NCBI RefSeq assembly: GCF_964355755.1
Contig: NC_092671.1
Span: forward strand, 12,214,001-12,278,000
Reading direction: 5' to 3'
DNA length: 64,000 nt
Source of the DNA: Antedon mediterranea
Lineage: Eukaryota; Animalia; Echinodermata
Shown here: positions 1-13,900 of the stretch, one piece after another
Layout: each line of letters starts with the position of its first letter
Numbering within the stretch: the stretch's first letter is position 1
The notes under the pieces: generated by a model
Seen by the model: the letters and a program-made list of their open reading frames with translations, nothing else
The model's database searches: none
Told to the model about the DNA's origin: nothing
Translations under genes and position numbers: made by a program

Positions 1-2470
1 TGGTCAAATTAAACGGTAGCTGCCAAAATAAAGTATTAATACATCCAATTCTTTGACCTAAAATGAATGACTTTATACTTGGTCAATTTAAACGGTAGCC
101 GCTGCCAATCATGAGACCATTTGCACATTGCAGCTATGTCAGTCTGCATTAAATTTCTATCTGAATCGGATTTAATTATTCTGAACAACTTTGTATCGTC
201 TGCAAAGAGCTTAATGACCGATTGGGAAATAGCGTCTGGTAGATCATTTATAAAAATGACAAATAATAATGGCCCCAGGACACTGCCCTGAGGCATTCGG
301 CTAATAAAATCTCGCCACACCGACTTATTCCCATTTACCACAACTCTTTGTTTTCGATCACTCAAAAAAGACTCGATCCACCTTAACAAGTTGCTAGAAA
401 TACCACAAGACCTGAGTTTAGATAGCAATCTACCATGAGGCACTTTATCAAAGGCCTTCTGAAAGTCAAAATAAATACAATCAAAAGAAAAACCTTTATC
501 CAACCATACTGACCACAAATCAATTACCTCAATTAACTGAGTTGTACACGACTTGCCAGAGCAAAAACCATGTTGTTGATCTGAAATTAAATGATGTGAT
601 TCTAGATGTTTGTATATTTTGTCTTTAACAAGTTTTTCCATTGACTTACACATTACAGAAGTTAAGCTAACTGGTCTTTAATTGAGAAGTTCAGACTTAT
701 CACCTTTTTTATACAAAGGGACAACATCGGCTCTTCTCCAAGAGCATGGAACTACTCCTTCAAACATCAATTTATTAAAAAGTAAAGTAACTACTCCATC
801 AGTTGTTTCTGAAGTTTCTTTCAATACATGAGAATTAATCATGTCTGAACCAGGAGATTTATTTACATCTAAGCTCTTGAAATATTCAATAACTTCGTCT
901 ACTTCAAACATAACTGAATCGATCAAAGCATCCGTCTTTACTTCATCAAAATTGGGAGGTTGGGTTAAATCTTCCTCAGTAAAAACCTAAATAAAGGCAG
1001 TATTAAAAACTTCTGCTTTCATTGAATTAGAAGACACAAAAACTCCATTTTTATCTTTCAAGTCAATCTCCAACTACTGTACTAAAATGTGATATGAATT
1101 GAAATTTTCTACCTTCCTTAACAAATCTTCAAGCAACTCATTATTGGCCGGTGTACTATTGGGACTTCTATAAATACATCTGATCCAAATTGTTTCATCT
1201 GTTGAAAGTTTCAAATTTAAACAAATGGATTCAGTATACTCTGCCTTCAAACAAACGTCTAACACTGAATCCCAATACCCTGAACTGAGTTTTCTGGATG
1301 AAAAAACTGATACCCATTAAGACACAAACAATTGAAGTAACTTTCGAATAAATAATTCTTAGGGAAAACTTTGGTTAAAAAAATAAAATCAGGTTGTTCG
1401 TTAGCTATTCTTGCAACCAACTCATCCTTCTTATTAAACAAAGAGTCACAATTTGTGTAAAAACAAGAAAAAAAATGAAGAATTCTTTAAACTAAAGTCT
1501 TTTTCTGATTGCCTAATATGTTCTGTGTTAAATACGCTGAGGTTTTTTCTTTATATGGCCACATCAAATTTCTAGATCCTTCTCGCCCGCCTCGATCCTA
1601 GCATTTAAAGCATGCCGCAACTTTTTATATTCAGACCGCTCTGCTTGGGTTCTATCATGAGATATACTTATATTACAATCTTTATTATTACGGACGCCAT
1701 GCATAAATCTAAACTTGTTCTCCTCATCAAAAAATATAGTTTTTAACGGCCTATATCTATCATCCTCTCGTTTGCCAAGCCTATGACAAAATTTTACTGA
1801 CAATTCTCCATCAATTAACTTCTTTAGCGAGTTAAAATCCTGCAATTTCCTCTTTTTACCATCAGCAGAGTCACCCTCCTTAAGTTTAAAGACAATAACA
1901 TTATTTCTCCGACTAAGTCTTTCAGTCATGTCATCAAATTTCCTTTCAACCATCTCTTCGAAATTTGTATCAGTTTAGTGTTCAGTATGTGTTACTGAAA
2001 AATGTTGTATCGCATCAATATTTTTCTTAACATCTACTTTAATGCTATTAATTTCCGCTTTCATTAGATTCTGATTACTACTAACGTCGTTTAGAACTTT
2101 CATAAGATTTCCCGCTAGTGTAGTGCAAGTACGGCAATACCAAAAAATAGAAGGATCACCTTTAGTTAACAAATCATACTTCGTCTTATTCACACCTTGA
2201 CACTGCGAGTGAAACCAACATTTACACAAGCCACAAATAATTCCCCTATCTGATTTCAGAACTGGTGAATCACAGGAAGCACACTTACACAATATAATAC
2301 TTAAACAATTCATCAATGTCACTTCTATGTTGGGTATCAATTGACTTTGACTTAGTAGGCCTAGCTTTGGACCCTGGAGCAACCATTATTCCCCACCTTG
2401 AAAATATCAAAACACAAGTTCTAGGCCTAAGAAAATAATCCACAAAAATAACTTCAATCCTACGTCCCAA
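1..2470 (-). mobile_element. Decayed CR1-clade LINE: ORF1 (PHD finger, coiled coil, RRM-like) and fragmented ORF2 (APE endonuclease + RT)
   Basis: ORF 1975-2382 has PHD pattern CASC..CGLCKCWFH..C..WYCRTC; 1564-1953 RRNNVIVFKLKE..RLGK..RPLK; 1074-1441 APE pieces (YRSPNS); 36-926 RT (QHGF, YFDFQKAFDKVPH, PQGSVLGP, LFADD). Stops, frameshifts and an internal deletion near 1070. Confidence 0.9.
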
Positions 2471-2619
2471 ATATTCAAATCCAGACCAAACTTCAATTAT
2501 AACTATTAATAAACGAGTTACCAGTTAAATTGCTACAAAATAATTAGTAAAAACCTGATTTATCAAATTTCAAATCGTGATTTCTGTAAGGTTTCAAAAA
2601 CATGTCTCTCTACCTGTTA

Positions 2620-2990
2620 ACCTGTGCCAAATGAGGTCCAATCTTAGAATCGATGGAGTGTTTTATAACCATCGCAGAAACAGATTTGGCCACCCTATCT
2701 GCAATTTCTGAGGTGGGATCCGTTGTAAGTTTACGATAATGAAGAGGATTGTTGAGCTGTCTTTAAGGACTCCTCGTCATAAAATTTGATATCCATAGCA
2801 ACAGTGGCAGAACCTTTATCAGCGGGTTTAATGATGATATCATTACGCTGACGCAACTTGGCAATGGCCTGCCTCTCTTGTTTTGAGAGATTGTCACGTT
2901 TATCTGGACTCGGGACGCAGTTTTGTACATCCTCCTCATAGCCTGAATAAATGTTTCTAAAGCTGGACAACGATTTTTAGGTGGATTCTA
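2620..2990 (-). mobile_element. Penelope-like retroelement fragment (N-terminal to RT)
   Basis: ORF 2731-2970 DNLSKQERQAIAKLRQRNDIIIKPADKGSATV matches the N(L)S..E..AL..L....I.IKPADKG motif of Penelope-type RTs. Confidence 0.75.
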
Positions 2991-3067
2991 GGAATTTTTT
3001 GTTTCAATTTGTTAGCGTTGCCTTTGTTTGCGTGGTGCTGCTGTCGGAAAGTCGGCAATTAATTAAT

Positions 3068-3176
<109 letters not shown>

Positions 3177-3619
3177 TAAAAAAAATAAATCAGCTTTCAG
3201 TCATCAAGTTGTCTGGCAAAGCTTGTCTGGCAAAGTTTGAATTAAAAAAAAAGTGTTTGTCATTTTTCTGATGAGCCATTAAATGTGGGTGTTTTGTTTT
3301 AAATTGTTGAATATAATATTATCATAGTATTGAAACGACAATGAATACTCTACTGATATAAGTCATCGTGATTCCCTACAATAATCACTCCTACGTGCGT
3401 ATGATAAAGACATATTTCGAGAACGTATAACAATAATAGTTATAGATAATTACTTTAAATGTATCGCATATTTTTGTTATAATACCGTACGTCTTGCAAT
3501 CTTATCACACTTCATGATTTTAATATGACATTTACTGCGTTCGTTCGTACGTTCGTTCCTGCCAATCAATCAAGTGGTGTTTGTTAGAGACCTGTGTGAT
3601 TGAAACGCGATATAGACAT

Positions 3620-3965
3620 GAGACATACTTTATTATCTCCAAAAGGAGAAATTTCAGGAGCTTACAAAAACAACAATAATCATATGAAAAACAAATAAAA
3701 GGTCAGACCCACCCCCACAAGTTACCTTTTATAATCTTCATTAAAGAAACCAATACCCTTAGCTACAAACGAATCACGGTATCTGTTGGTGGCAAAAGCA
3801 AGAACTCGCATACCACTTCTGGGGATATAATGACTGATAAAAACATCATGGAGAGGATGAGGCTCATCAGTCATTATATGCTAAAACAGATTTGTAACTC
3901 TGACGCTATACATGGAGTCAACTGAAGGCAAATACACACCAGTGATTCTGCTAACTTTTCTAATC
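3620..3965 (-). mobile_element. 3' fragment of an L2/CR1-group LINE
   Basis: Minus strand reads ..PRSGMRVLAFATNRYRDSFV.., resembling the RT C-terminus at 8569-9126 ([16 protein letters not shown]). Confidence 0.5.
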
Positions 3966-4054
3966 AAACGATCAAGTAACTTTCACACGCTCCCACCGGG
4001 TTTTAAAAGTGACCATTCATTGATTACGTTATCAATACATGGAATAACAAGTAA

Positions 4055-6095
4055 ACGAGGGTGAGGTTTCTGGAAACTAAATACAAGCCTTTTTAAGTGA
4101 CCCACAATATGTTAAAGAAATTAAAGAAACCATAAAAAACACAAAAGAAGAATGTTTAGAAAATAACCCACATACGGTATGGGAAATGATAAAATGTATT
4201 ATAAGAAGAACATCAATGTCGTATTCTGGTAAACTAAATAAAACAATTAAAAAAGACGTGGATCGATTAAATAATGAAATCAAAACCTTAGAAGAGCAAT
4301 ATTGCGTAAACAGTAATGAAAAAATAACCGAAATGATCCAAATTAAAAGAAACGTACTAAAATCAATCTATGAAATTAGAACACGTGGCTCACTGATTCG
4401 ATCCAAAGCCCGTTGGATAGAAGAAGGAGAAAAAAGCATAAAACTTTTTCTTAATTTAGAGAGGAGGGATTATAATAAAAAGCATATAACTAAACTTACA
4501 ACAGAAAATGGAGACATAAGTAACCCCGACGATATAATAAAATGAAGAACAAGGCCAACAGCCATAAGTCGCATGCTAAAAGGCATAGTGATACCGGACC
4601 GACAGACAGACCGACAGACCGACTGACATAGTGAACTATAGAGTCGTGACCACACGACTAAAAACGATTCTATGAATCATTATATAGTTTTAAGGCGAAA
4701 TAACAATGTCAACCCTGCTGATATTTTTGACACGATACACATAGATAAAATCAATAAAGATGATGAATTTATATGTGACCAGCCCTTTAGAGATACTGAA
4801 TGTTTAGAAGCATTAAAAACGATGGATAACAATAAAACCCCTGGGACAGATGGTTTTCCTGCCGAGTTTTATAAACTATTTTGGAATGATATAAAAGATA
4901 CGCTAATTAACGCTTGCCATTATTCTTTCCAATCCGGGTTTTTAAGTATCTCCCAGAAACGAGGGGTGATATCACTTATACCGAAAAAAAAGATAAATCT
5001 CCGCTATTATTAAAAAACTGGCGTCCTATCTCGCTTATAAATGTGGATTATAAAATCTTAGCAAAAGCCATTGCGACTCGTTTAAAATGTGTGCTGCCAT
5101 CAGTAATTAATCCTGATCAAACGGGCTTTCTTAAAGGCAGATATATTGGAGAAAACATAAGATTAGTCTATGATGTAATAGAATATGCAGAAATGCACAA
5201 CAAGCCAACCTTACTGTTTTTTGTAGATTTCGATAAGGTGAAATGGAACTTCCTTGATATGTCTCTTAAGAGATTTGGTTTTGGTAAAAATATGATAAAT
5301 TGGATAAAAATATTATATAAAGACATTGGTAGTTGCGTTATAAATAACGGGGGAACCTCAAAATTCTTCAATTGAAAACGAGGCCCGCGTCAAGGATGTC
5401 CCTCATCCCCATATCATTTTATAATCTGTGCAGAAACACTGGGTAACATGGTACGTCAATCAGACACATTTAAAGGTATAGAGTACAATAATGTAGACAT
5501 AAGAATTAGCCAATTTGCAGATGACACTGTGTTTTTTCTCAAAGACCAAAACTCAATTAAACCGATTATAGATATACTTGATGAATTTTCTATATATTCT
5601 GGATTCAGAATTAATTATGAAAAAAAGTAACATTATGAGAATAGGATCGTTAAGAAACTGCGACTATAAAACGCCATCTGAGAAAAGTATTTCATAGACC
5701 AAAGGCCCAGTAAAATACTTGGGTGTTAATATTTCTTGTAATTTTAATGATATTTTCAGATTCAATTTTCCAGATAAAACTAAGAATGCTGAACAATTAT
5801 TAAATATGTGGAAACAACGCTCGCTTACTTTGTTTGCAAAAGCAACTATTATTTAGTCACTGTTTCTCCCGATATTCACGTATGTTTTCTCAAATTTACC
5901 AGACCCACCCGATTGTTTCCTTCAAGATATTCAAAGTAAAATATTTAAATTTATATGGAACGGAAAACCCGATAAAGTCAAAAGAAAAGTCATGCTTGAC
6001 AATTTTGACGAAGAAGGGTTAAAAATTCCCCATATTAAGAGTTACTGTACATCTCTCAAATCATGCTGGGTGAAAAGATATCTTGGTATCCTGAA
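4055..6095 (+). mobile_element. Decayed L1/Tx1-clade LINE ORF2 (linker + RT)
   Basis: RSKARWIEEGEK..FLNLE, NKTPGTDGFPAEFYK.FW, KNWRPISLINVDYKILAK, DQTGFLKGRYIGENIR, RQGCP, SQFADDT; multiple frameshifts. Confidence 0.9.
4547..4662 (+). mobile_element. Short Helentron/DINE-1-like (HINE) non-autonomous element inserted in the L1 ORF
   Basis: (GACA/GACC)n microsatellite and terminal hairpin agtcgtg-acca-cacgact. It interrupts L1 coding sequence. The core catagtgataccggaccgacagac..gactgacatagtgaactatagagt recurs inverted at about 19716-19790. Confidence 0.55.
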
Positions 6096-6189
6096 ATAAT
6101 TAAGTTAATGTAAAGAGATTATATTAAAAGTAAGGTAAATTTAAATCCAGAATTATAATCTGAATATAGAAGACTCAGAAACTTGGTAA

Positions 6190-7150
6190 ACACTAAAATA
6201 AAAAAGGTCAAGTACAATTACTTTAACACTGTTAATATAAAATATAAATATAATCCCCAAAAAATGTGGAACGAGTTAAATAAATTAACTGGGAAAAGGA
6301 AATGCAATACAAGCACTATTTTTTTTTTTTAATACAATAATTGACCCCTGCGGAACCCCAGAAAGTACAGGAAGCCACTCAGAACAGTTTCCACTGATGA
6401 CTACCCTCTGCTTCCTGTCAGTCAAATAATCTGAAAACCATTTAAGAAGATTGCCTTTTAAACCAAACTTTGAAATCTTAAAAACAAGTAAATCATGAGG
6501 GACCGAGTCAAATGCTCTAGAAAAATCAGTGTAGACCACATCACATTGCTTCTTCTATTCAGAGTATTGTATGCTGTAGAAAGAGGCAATGCGAGGTTGG
6601 TCTGACACGATCTTCCAGGAATAAAACCAGGCTGAACCGAAGTAATAACTGAACTTATGTGTTTAAAAAACGCATTAAACTAATTAATTAACCGCATTAT
6701 TAACTAATATTGATTGCAATAACTTTAATGAGTATTTTACCAACATCGGAGTTAAAATGGCAAATTCATTTGATAGCAAGCCAAGTGTATCTAGATGGAA
6801 TAATCCACTATGTATATATTCTTTTAATTTTACAAATATTGATGCAAATACTATCAAAACGAGATTGTACAAATTACCTGAAAAAAAACCTTGATGTATT
6901 AGAGTTTGATAGTAAGCTTTTGAGGTTGGCGGCGCCATATATCTCATATCCATTATGTCACATTGTAAACCTTTCCCTTATGTCTGGGCGTATCCCAGGT
7001 GACTGGAGAGTTGCAAGGACGACCCCAATCTATAAGGAAAGGGTAGTAAAGAGAGTATGAACAACTACAGACCAATTTCTGCTGTCGGTCATATTGCAAA
7101 AATTAGAGAGAGTTGTTCAGGAACAAAAAATTACCTTTCTTGAGTCTTAT
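6190..7150 (+). mobile_element. LINE ORF2 fragment (pre-RT region), apparently interrupted by the 6320-6675 piece
   Basis: LLRLAAPYISYPLCHIVNLSLMSGRIPGDWRVARTTPIYK..NNYRPIS; NPKKMWNELNKL upstream at about 6250. Confidence 0.7.
6320..6675 (-). mobile_element. LINE RT fragment (CR1 group)
   Basis: VYTDFSRAFDSVPH...RKQRV...SGVPQGS. Confidence 0.8.
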
Positions 7151-7930
7151 TGTGGGTTTGGGTTTGTTTTTGAACAGCTTAGAGGAAATGGTTTTTATTA
7201 TAAAAATTATAAAAAAATACCCTCAGGGATAGAACCCGGGATCTCAGCTGTGAGAAGAAATAACCATTACACCATACTCACATTCAAAATGATGTAGTGC
7301 AATTAGTCTTATCACACTCAGTACTAATTCATACTGTAGGCGGAGGTATGCACTCTTGGAGTGTCCTCTATATAAAATGATAAGCTTTTGATATTATTTT
7401 TATCTGCTTATATTTACATAAATAATAATAAATAAATAAAATGTATCATTGTTATTTTCTATTGCGCTATAATTTATTTAAATATATAAATATCAGCCTG
7501 CGCCTAAACATTTATTAATCAAGTTGTGCAAAGCAACAACTACCTGGGTCTACGGATCTACCTGGATTTTAACAGTAAGTTATCTACTAGCTAAACACAA
7601 AAACAATTATTTTTAAAACATGATTTTTATACAAGCATTAAGACACATGTATTCAAAATACTTTAAATGTCAACCGCATTTTCTTGATTTTTTAAATTTA
7701 ATTTGTATTCTTATTTTAGGTAATTAATTCATTAATTGGTTTTTAATTTAGCTCTTTGCTCTATTTTGTTCATAATATGTATTAGTGTCATTATTTTTCC
7801 GTTCTTCATAGATTTCATTCCAGAAAACAAGATGCTTCGATTTACAATAATATCAATGTTAATATCGTGCTGTCAACCTAATGAGATACCTCACCGATCT
7901 AAAGAAGGTTAGAAATGTATAATTGGCAGA
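7150..7930 (+). repeat. Segmental duplication paired with 17597-18450 (promoter, UTR exon and signal-peptide exon of the peptide genes)
   Basis: Collinear blocks shared by both copies, e.g. cccgggatctcagctgtg, cttatcacactcag, ctattgcgctataatttatttaaatatataaat, tgcgcctaaacatt, atttcattccagaaaacaagatgcttcgatttacaa. Confidence 0.92.
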
Positions 7931-10900
7931 ATTAGACCACTTAAATCAAAGACTATCTTTTATTCCAAACATAATACACAACTTGTTATATTTCGGTATT
8001 TTAAATGTTGCAATATTTTTATTTTTTATCGTATGTTTTCTTTTTTTAATGTCCTATTAATTTTAAGTTAAGTTATTTTTAACTCTGGAGTTTACACACA
8101 AACGCTCCCCAACTCCGGCGTTGTTTATGTGCGATGAATCGTAGAAGAACCGGTATTTTAGTCTTAATCAATTATGATGATATATTATACAAATAATGAA
8201 TATTTATGAGTGTAATTGTACAAATATTGGCATGAGTTGATTGATGATAACCTTTCATCATTCACCAAATTACATTATTTGTAATAAATAGATTCCTGTC
8301 ATTTGAATCAAATAAATGGTAGGCCTATATATCCAATGCATAGGTCCTATACATTTGATTCACATTGATTAAAACAGTAACAGTCTTGTAGAGATGTTCC
8401 CATTAAGTAATCAAAATCCTAAAAACTACCTAAAGCTAATTTAAATGCCCTTTTTGATCTAAATTAGTACATACCTATATATAAACAAGCTATAGACAAC
8501 TAGGATGCGATTTTTATCACTGGTGCTGCAATAACAACCTGAAACTAAACATAAAGAAAACAAAAGAAATGCAAATTGATTTTAGGAAAATTAAAGAACC
8601 CTTAGAACCTCTGATTATAAATGAAAATGAGATTGAAGTAGTAAATGATTACAAATATCTGGGTTGTATAATTGACAATAAGCTAAATTGGATAAATAAT
8701 GTAAATAAATCCACATGCAAAGCCAACCAAAGGATGTTTATTTTAAGAAAAATGAAGTACCTACAAATTGACAAAACTATACTTAAATTGTTTTATAACT
8801 CTGTAATTCTCAGTGTAATACTTTTTTGTAATGTTTGTTTTTATGGTAATACAATGCAAAAAGATAAAATTAAACTTAATCGAATAGGAAATAGAAAAAT
8901 TAGACTAGTAGGAGAGCACTTACCTGATGTTGAATCCTTGTATAAAGAAAATGTGTTAAAAAAAGTAAAAATTATCATTGATGATGAAACATATCCTCTT
9001 CACAAACAATTTACTCTCATGAATTCTGGCATAAGACTACGTGCACTTAATACCAAAACAAAACGGTTTAGGTGCTCGTTTGTACCTAATGCTATACACT
9101 TATATAACTCCAGAGTACAAAGGTAAAATGTAACCGATAATTTTTATCTAATTTTAACAATTTTTAGCCTCTTAACTTTTTGTGTGTGTTTTTGTAAATT
9201 GTATTTTATATTTTTGTATTTTGCCAGTTTTCAAATCACATTTCTGTTTTTTAAATGGACAATAAAGTATATATGACTACATATGACTATGACTATGACT
9301 ACCTCTCCAAAAATGTACTTTCATCGCTTTCATAACAATAATATTCGCGAAGAAAGTACAAAATAGGTGGTGGCACTGTTGTATTTCAAAAGCAATAGTA
9401 TAAAAAAAAATCTAAACGCGAAAAGATTTATTTTTTCGTACACGAAAAAAAGTAATATTAAACGATCGTTTAATAGTGCGTACTATTGCACGCAATCTGA
9501 ACCACAAATCGTCCAATCAAATGACAGGAATTTATTTAGGTGTTATTGTCTATAGTAAATCACACCTATGATTTGTTTTCTTAAAGTTGATCCATGTGGT
9601 TGTGAGAATCCTAATGATTGCCCAAATAACGAGGAACTCGCTGATTGTTGTAAGTTATTATAATTTAATTCAATTCAATTCAAAGAACATTTATTCACGT
9701 CCAAAAGACAAAAGAAACAAAAACAAAATGGCAAGTGATAAAACAAGAAAATGGACGAAGGCAAATCCCAAAAAGATTACAATTTTGTGACGGTATTGCC
9801 TTTACATATTTAAATTAAGAGAAGAAAAAAATATAAATAAAGAAAATAAATTAATTAAACAATAAAGAAATACAAAATATATATAAAACCAGTAGATAAA
9901 AGTTGGAATAAAAAGTAAAAAAAGAAGAACAGAAAAAAGTACAGCTGCATGGCATATAGTGAATATGATGACAAATGAATAATAAAGGTAGCAAGTCACG
10001 GAACATGGAAACAACGACCAAATCAAACAGATCGATCAGTAATGAGACAAAAGGTAATTTTTAATGTTATTATTGAATGAATAGCGGTTAGCAGCACAGG
10101 GAATTGAGGGGGGGTAAATTGTTAAACAATAGAGGTCCAGAATATCTAATGCTATGTTGAAAATAATTGGTGTTATGGTTAGGGATATATATGTTATTTC
10201 TTGTTCTAGTGTAATATTTATGAACGGTATTATTAGGAGCGAAAAGGTCGTTAAGATGGCAAGGGAGAAGTGAGTGAGTGGCCAAAAAAACAAAGACACC
10301 TTGCTGGGATAGGTTAATGTCCGAGAGTTTGAGAAGATTGAGTTTGGAGAATAAGTGGGAGGAATGTGACAGTGGATGAGCGCCAGATATAGTCCTGATA
10401 GCTTTTTTTTTAAGGATAGAGAGTTTAAAGATGTTTGTAGGGTAAGTGTTGGCCCAGACAATGTTACCATAGCTCAAATAAGGAAGGATGAGTGTGCAAT
10501 AAAGGGTCCTGAGAATATTAGTTGGGAGTAAGGAAGAAAGCCTAGAAATGATCCCAAGGTTCTTAGACACTTTGTTCTCAATTTCTTGGATATGGGGTTT
10601 CCATGAGAGAAAGTTGTCGATGATAATGCCAAGAAATTTATTATACTTTACAGAGGGGATTTCTTGATTATCAATAACGGCTTTAAGTGGGGACACATCA
10701 ATACCTCTAGTCAACTGCGGGGTTCCGAATAGGATGTAACTACATTTATTATGATTGAGGGAGAGTTTGTTGGCAATAAAGTACTGGGACAAGGGGATAA
10801 CGTTGGTATTAAAGGTGTCAAAAAGAGTTTGGATATTTTTGTTGGCATGAAAAACTGTAGTGTCATCAGCATATAGAAAAAAATTTAGCAGGTTTGAGGT

Positions 10901-13900
10901 TCGGTGGATATCATTAATGTAAAGGGTGAACAAAAGAGGGCCAAGTAAGGAACCCTGGGGAACGCCATAGGTGATAGGGCAAAAATTAGAAATAGAGTTA
11001 AAATATTTAGTACATTGGGAGCGGTTAGTGAGATAGCTTTTGAAAACGTTTAAGGCGGGTCCTCGGATTCCATAGTGAGACAATTTAAAAAGAAGAATAT
11101 TATGATCAATGGTGTCGAAAGCCTTGGAAAGGTCGATGAAAAGTCCGATTCCAAATTGACGATTTTCGAATGCATGAATAATTTTGTTAGAGAGGTCGAT
11201 CAAAGCCATGGAGGTGTTATGTCCTTTTCTAAAGCCATATTGTCTCTTGAAGAGGATGTTATGTTTGCTGATAAATGAAAATGTTCTATCATAGATAACT
11301 CTTTCCACGGCTTTCGAAAAGATTGACAGGATGGAGATAGGACGATAGTTAGAAAGGTTGGATGTAACGCGTGCCAGCTTCAACCTGTTCGGAAAAACAC
11401 CTTTGCAGAGGACAAGATTAAAAATGTGACACAAGGGAAGGGAGATAAGGTTGATAACATGTTTAATGGCTTTAGTATGGAAATCATCAGTACCAGGAGC
11501 TTTATTGTTATCTAAGGAGGAGATAATTCTTATGATATCATCTTCTAGGACAGGGGTTAAGAACATTGATTTCGGATTTGGTTGAGGAAGAAATTCTTTG
11601 AAAGAAACATTGCTGGGAGGGATTTTGTTAGCAAGGGAGGGTCTGATTTCGACAAAAAAATCATTAAATGCTTTAGAAATAATGACGGGGTCTTTAGTTG
11701 GTACTCCGTTACAGTTGACAGGGGTATTACCTTTGTGTTGGTTTCGGTTTTTATGGTTCAATAAAGAGTTAATTGATTTCCAGGTTGCCTTAATATCATT
11801 TTTTTGCTTGGTGAAAATATCATGAAAGTGGATTCTTTTGGCAATTTTGATAGTGGAGTTAAGTTTATTACGATATCGTTTATATTTGATTTCATTGGCA
11901 GGAGAAGGGCGGTGAAGAAATTTTGCATAGAGTTTATGTTTATACTTTATTGATTTTAGCAGTCCATTTGACATCCAAGATTTAATTTTTTTGTTCTTGT
12001 TTGTATTGTTCCTTTTCAGTAACGGGAAGTGTTGGTCATAAAGGGCTTTTAGTGTGTTATCAAAGAGGTCATAAGCAAAGTCAGGATCATTAGAATTAAG
12101 GATATCAAACCAAGTTAGCTTAGAGACATCATGGTAAAAGTTGTTAAGAGACGTATTGTTAATCTGTCTGAGAGATGGGATCTCTTCATTGTTTGAGCTA
12201 GTGGCAAAACTATCAGAGAGGTTTGAAATATTAAAAACAGGGAGATGATCAGAGATATCACTATATTATAGCAGACCACTTATATGAGAACAATCAAATT
12301 GATTTATAATAATATTATCTAATAATGAGGCTGTGGAATTTGTTATTCGGGATGGTCTGTCGATAAGTGGAAGATAGTGATTGCTAAACAGTGTGTTAAT
12401 GAATTGACGGGCAGTATTGTCGGATTCATGTTTCAGAATGTCAATGTTAAAGTCTCCAAGAATATAAACATTTTTATTTTATTTTGTTAAATTGGAAAGG
12501 ACAATGTCAAGTTCAATTAAGAATTGATTTGGGTCAGAGGAGGGGGGTCTATATACAGTACCCACTATAATGTTTTTGTGATGAGGCCGTTTAATTTCAA
12601 TAAAAATGGATTCGCAGTTGGAAGGGTGTGGGTGTAGGTCACTTCTAATGGAGAATTGTAGAGTATCAATAATATCGAAAGGCAGATTAATGGATGATAG
12701 GAGTTGTTTAATTTCATCAATGTGCTTGAGGATGCTTCTAGAGTTGAAATGGATAGTGGAGAAGCAATCAGAAAGTGATTCAACAGGAATTTCATTAGGA
12801 TCATAATATTGAGAGAGACTGTGGTTGCTGTTGGTGAAAAAATTAGAGTCGGGATCAATGTTAGATGTAGAATTGCCAAGGTTCCTGTTAATGTCACGGT
12901 TGTCTGAATAGCTGGGCAAGGGGAAGAAGTTTATGTTTGATAATCGGTCGTGGTTCGATGTTCCGTCATCTGCGTTAAGGTTGTACATCTAGTAAAAATG
13001 AAAATATAAAAAGATAAATCTGTTCAGTGAAAATACTAGTTAATATATAATTTAAAATATATGTTTAAAATATATATAAATAAATATACACTGTATAAAA
13101 AAATAAAAAAATATTATATCAAAATGAATATTGGAAAAAAGAAAAAATTAACAATGCATAAAAACAAGACTGTCAAAATAAGGTGAGTTAAACAGAACTC
13201 CGGCAAGGAACTAAAAATTGCAAAACAACAAGAGAACATTATGGAATGGTATAAACAATTATGAAAAGTACATGAATATGGCAATCAGGCACTTAAACAC
13301 TTGGATGATAATAGTGTTCAAAGCAATGACACATGGCAATGTAATCTGATTATTTAGAGATTTTTTATACTGAGAAACAATGAAGATAAAAACTAAGATA
13401 CCAATAAGATATAACACACAAACACACCATCACACACACACCAACACACATCCACCCACACGCATGCACAATTGTATTCATAGCAAACATTAGTCTGCTC
13501 AAGAATGACTTGCGTCCTAAATTGAAAATAATTTGAGTTACCCCTTAATATGATATTAATTATCATATTCAATGATACATTTTGTATAGGAAACAGTACA
13601 TCAGTTGAATATTGCATACAATGCTAAATCGTGGTTAAACTATCGTTTTCTTAAATTAGGTTTCTTACACTTTTGTTATGTAATTTTTTTTAACAGATAG
13701 GAGGTATCTTATTATTCCAGATGGTAAGTTTCTCATAATTCTATATGTAAGTATGCATCAGTGTATGAGACATCTCTTTCGATAAAGGGCTTACCAATTA
13801 TTCCTTACACAACAACAGAGATTCCTACCTTATTGAAATTTAAGTTCCACCCAATACGTGAAACATTATTACCATGACGGTTCCACCTGTACAGTATTAT

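Noticed and set aside
8091-8152. GC-richer segment as an extra exon of peptide gene A
   Set aside because: Weak GAG acceptor, 62 nt (not a multiple of 3), and an in-frame TGA in phase 1; at best a decayed exon.
11075-12806. Plus-strand ORFs over the LINE
   Set aside because: Antisense shadows of the retrotransposon ORF2.
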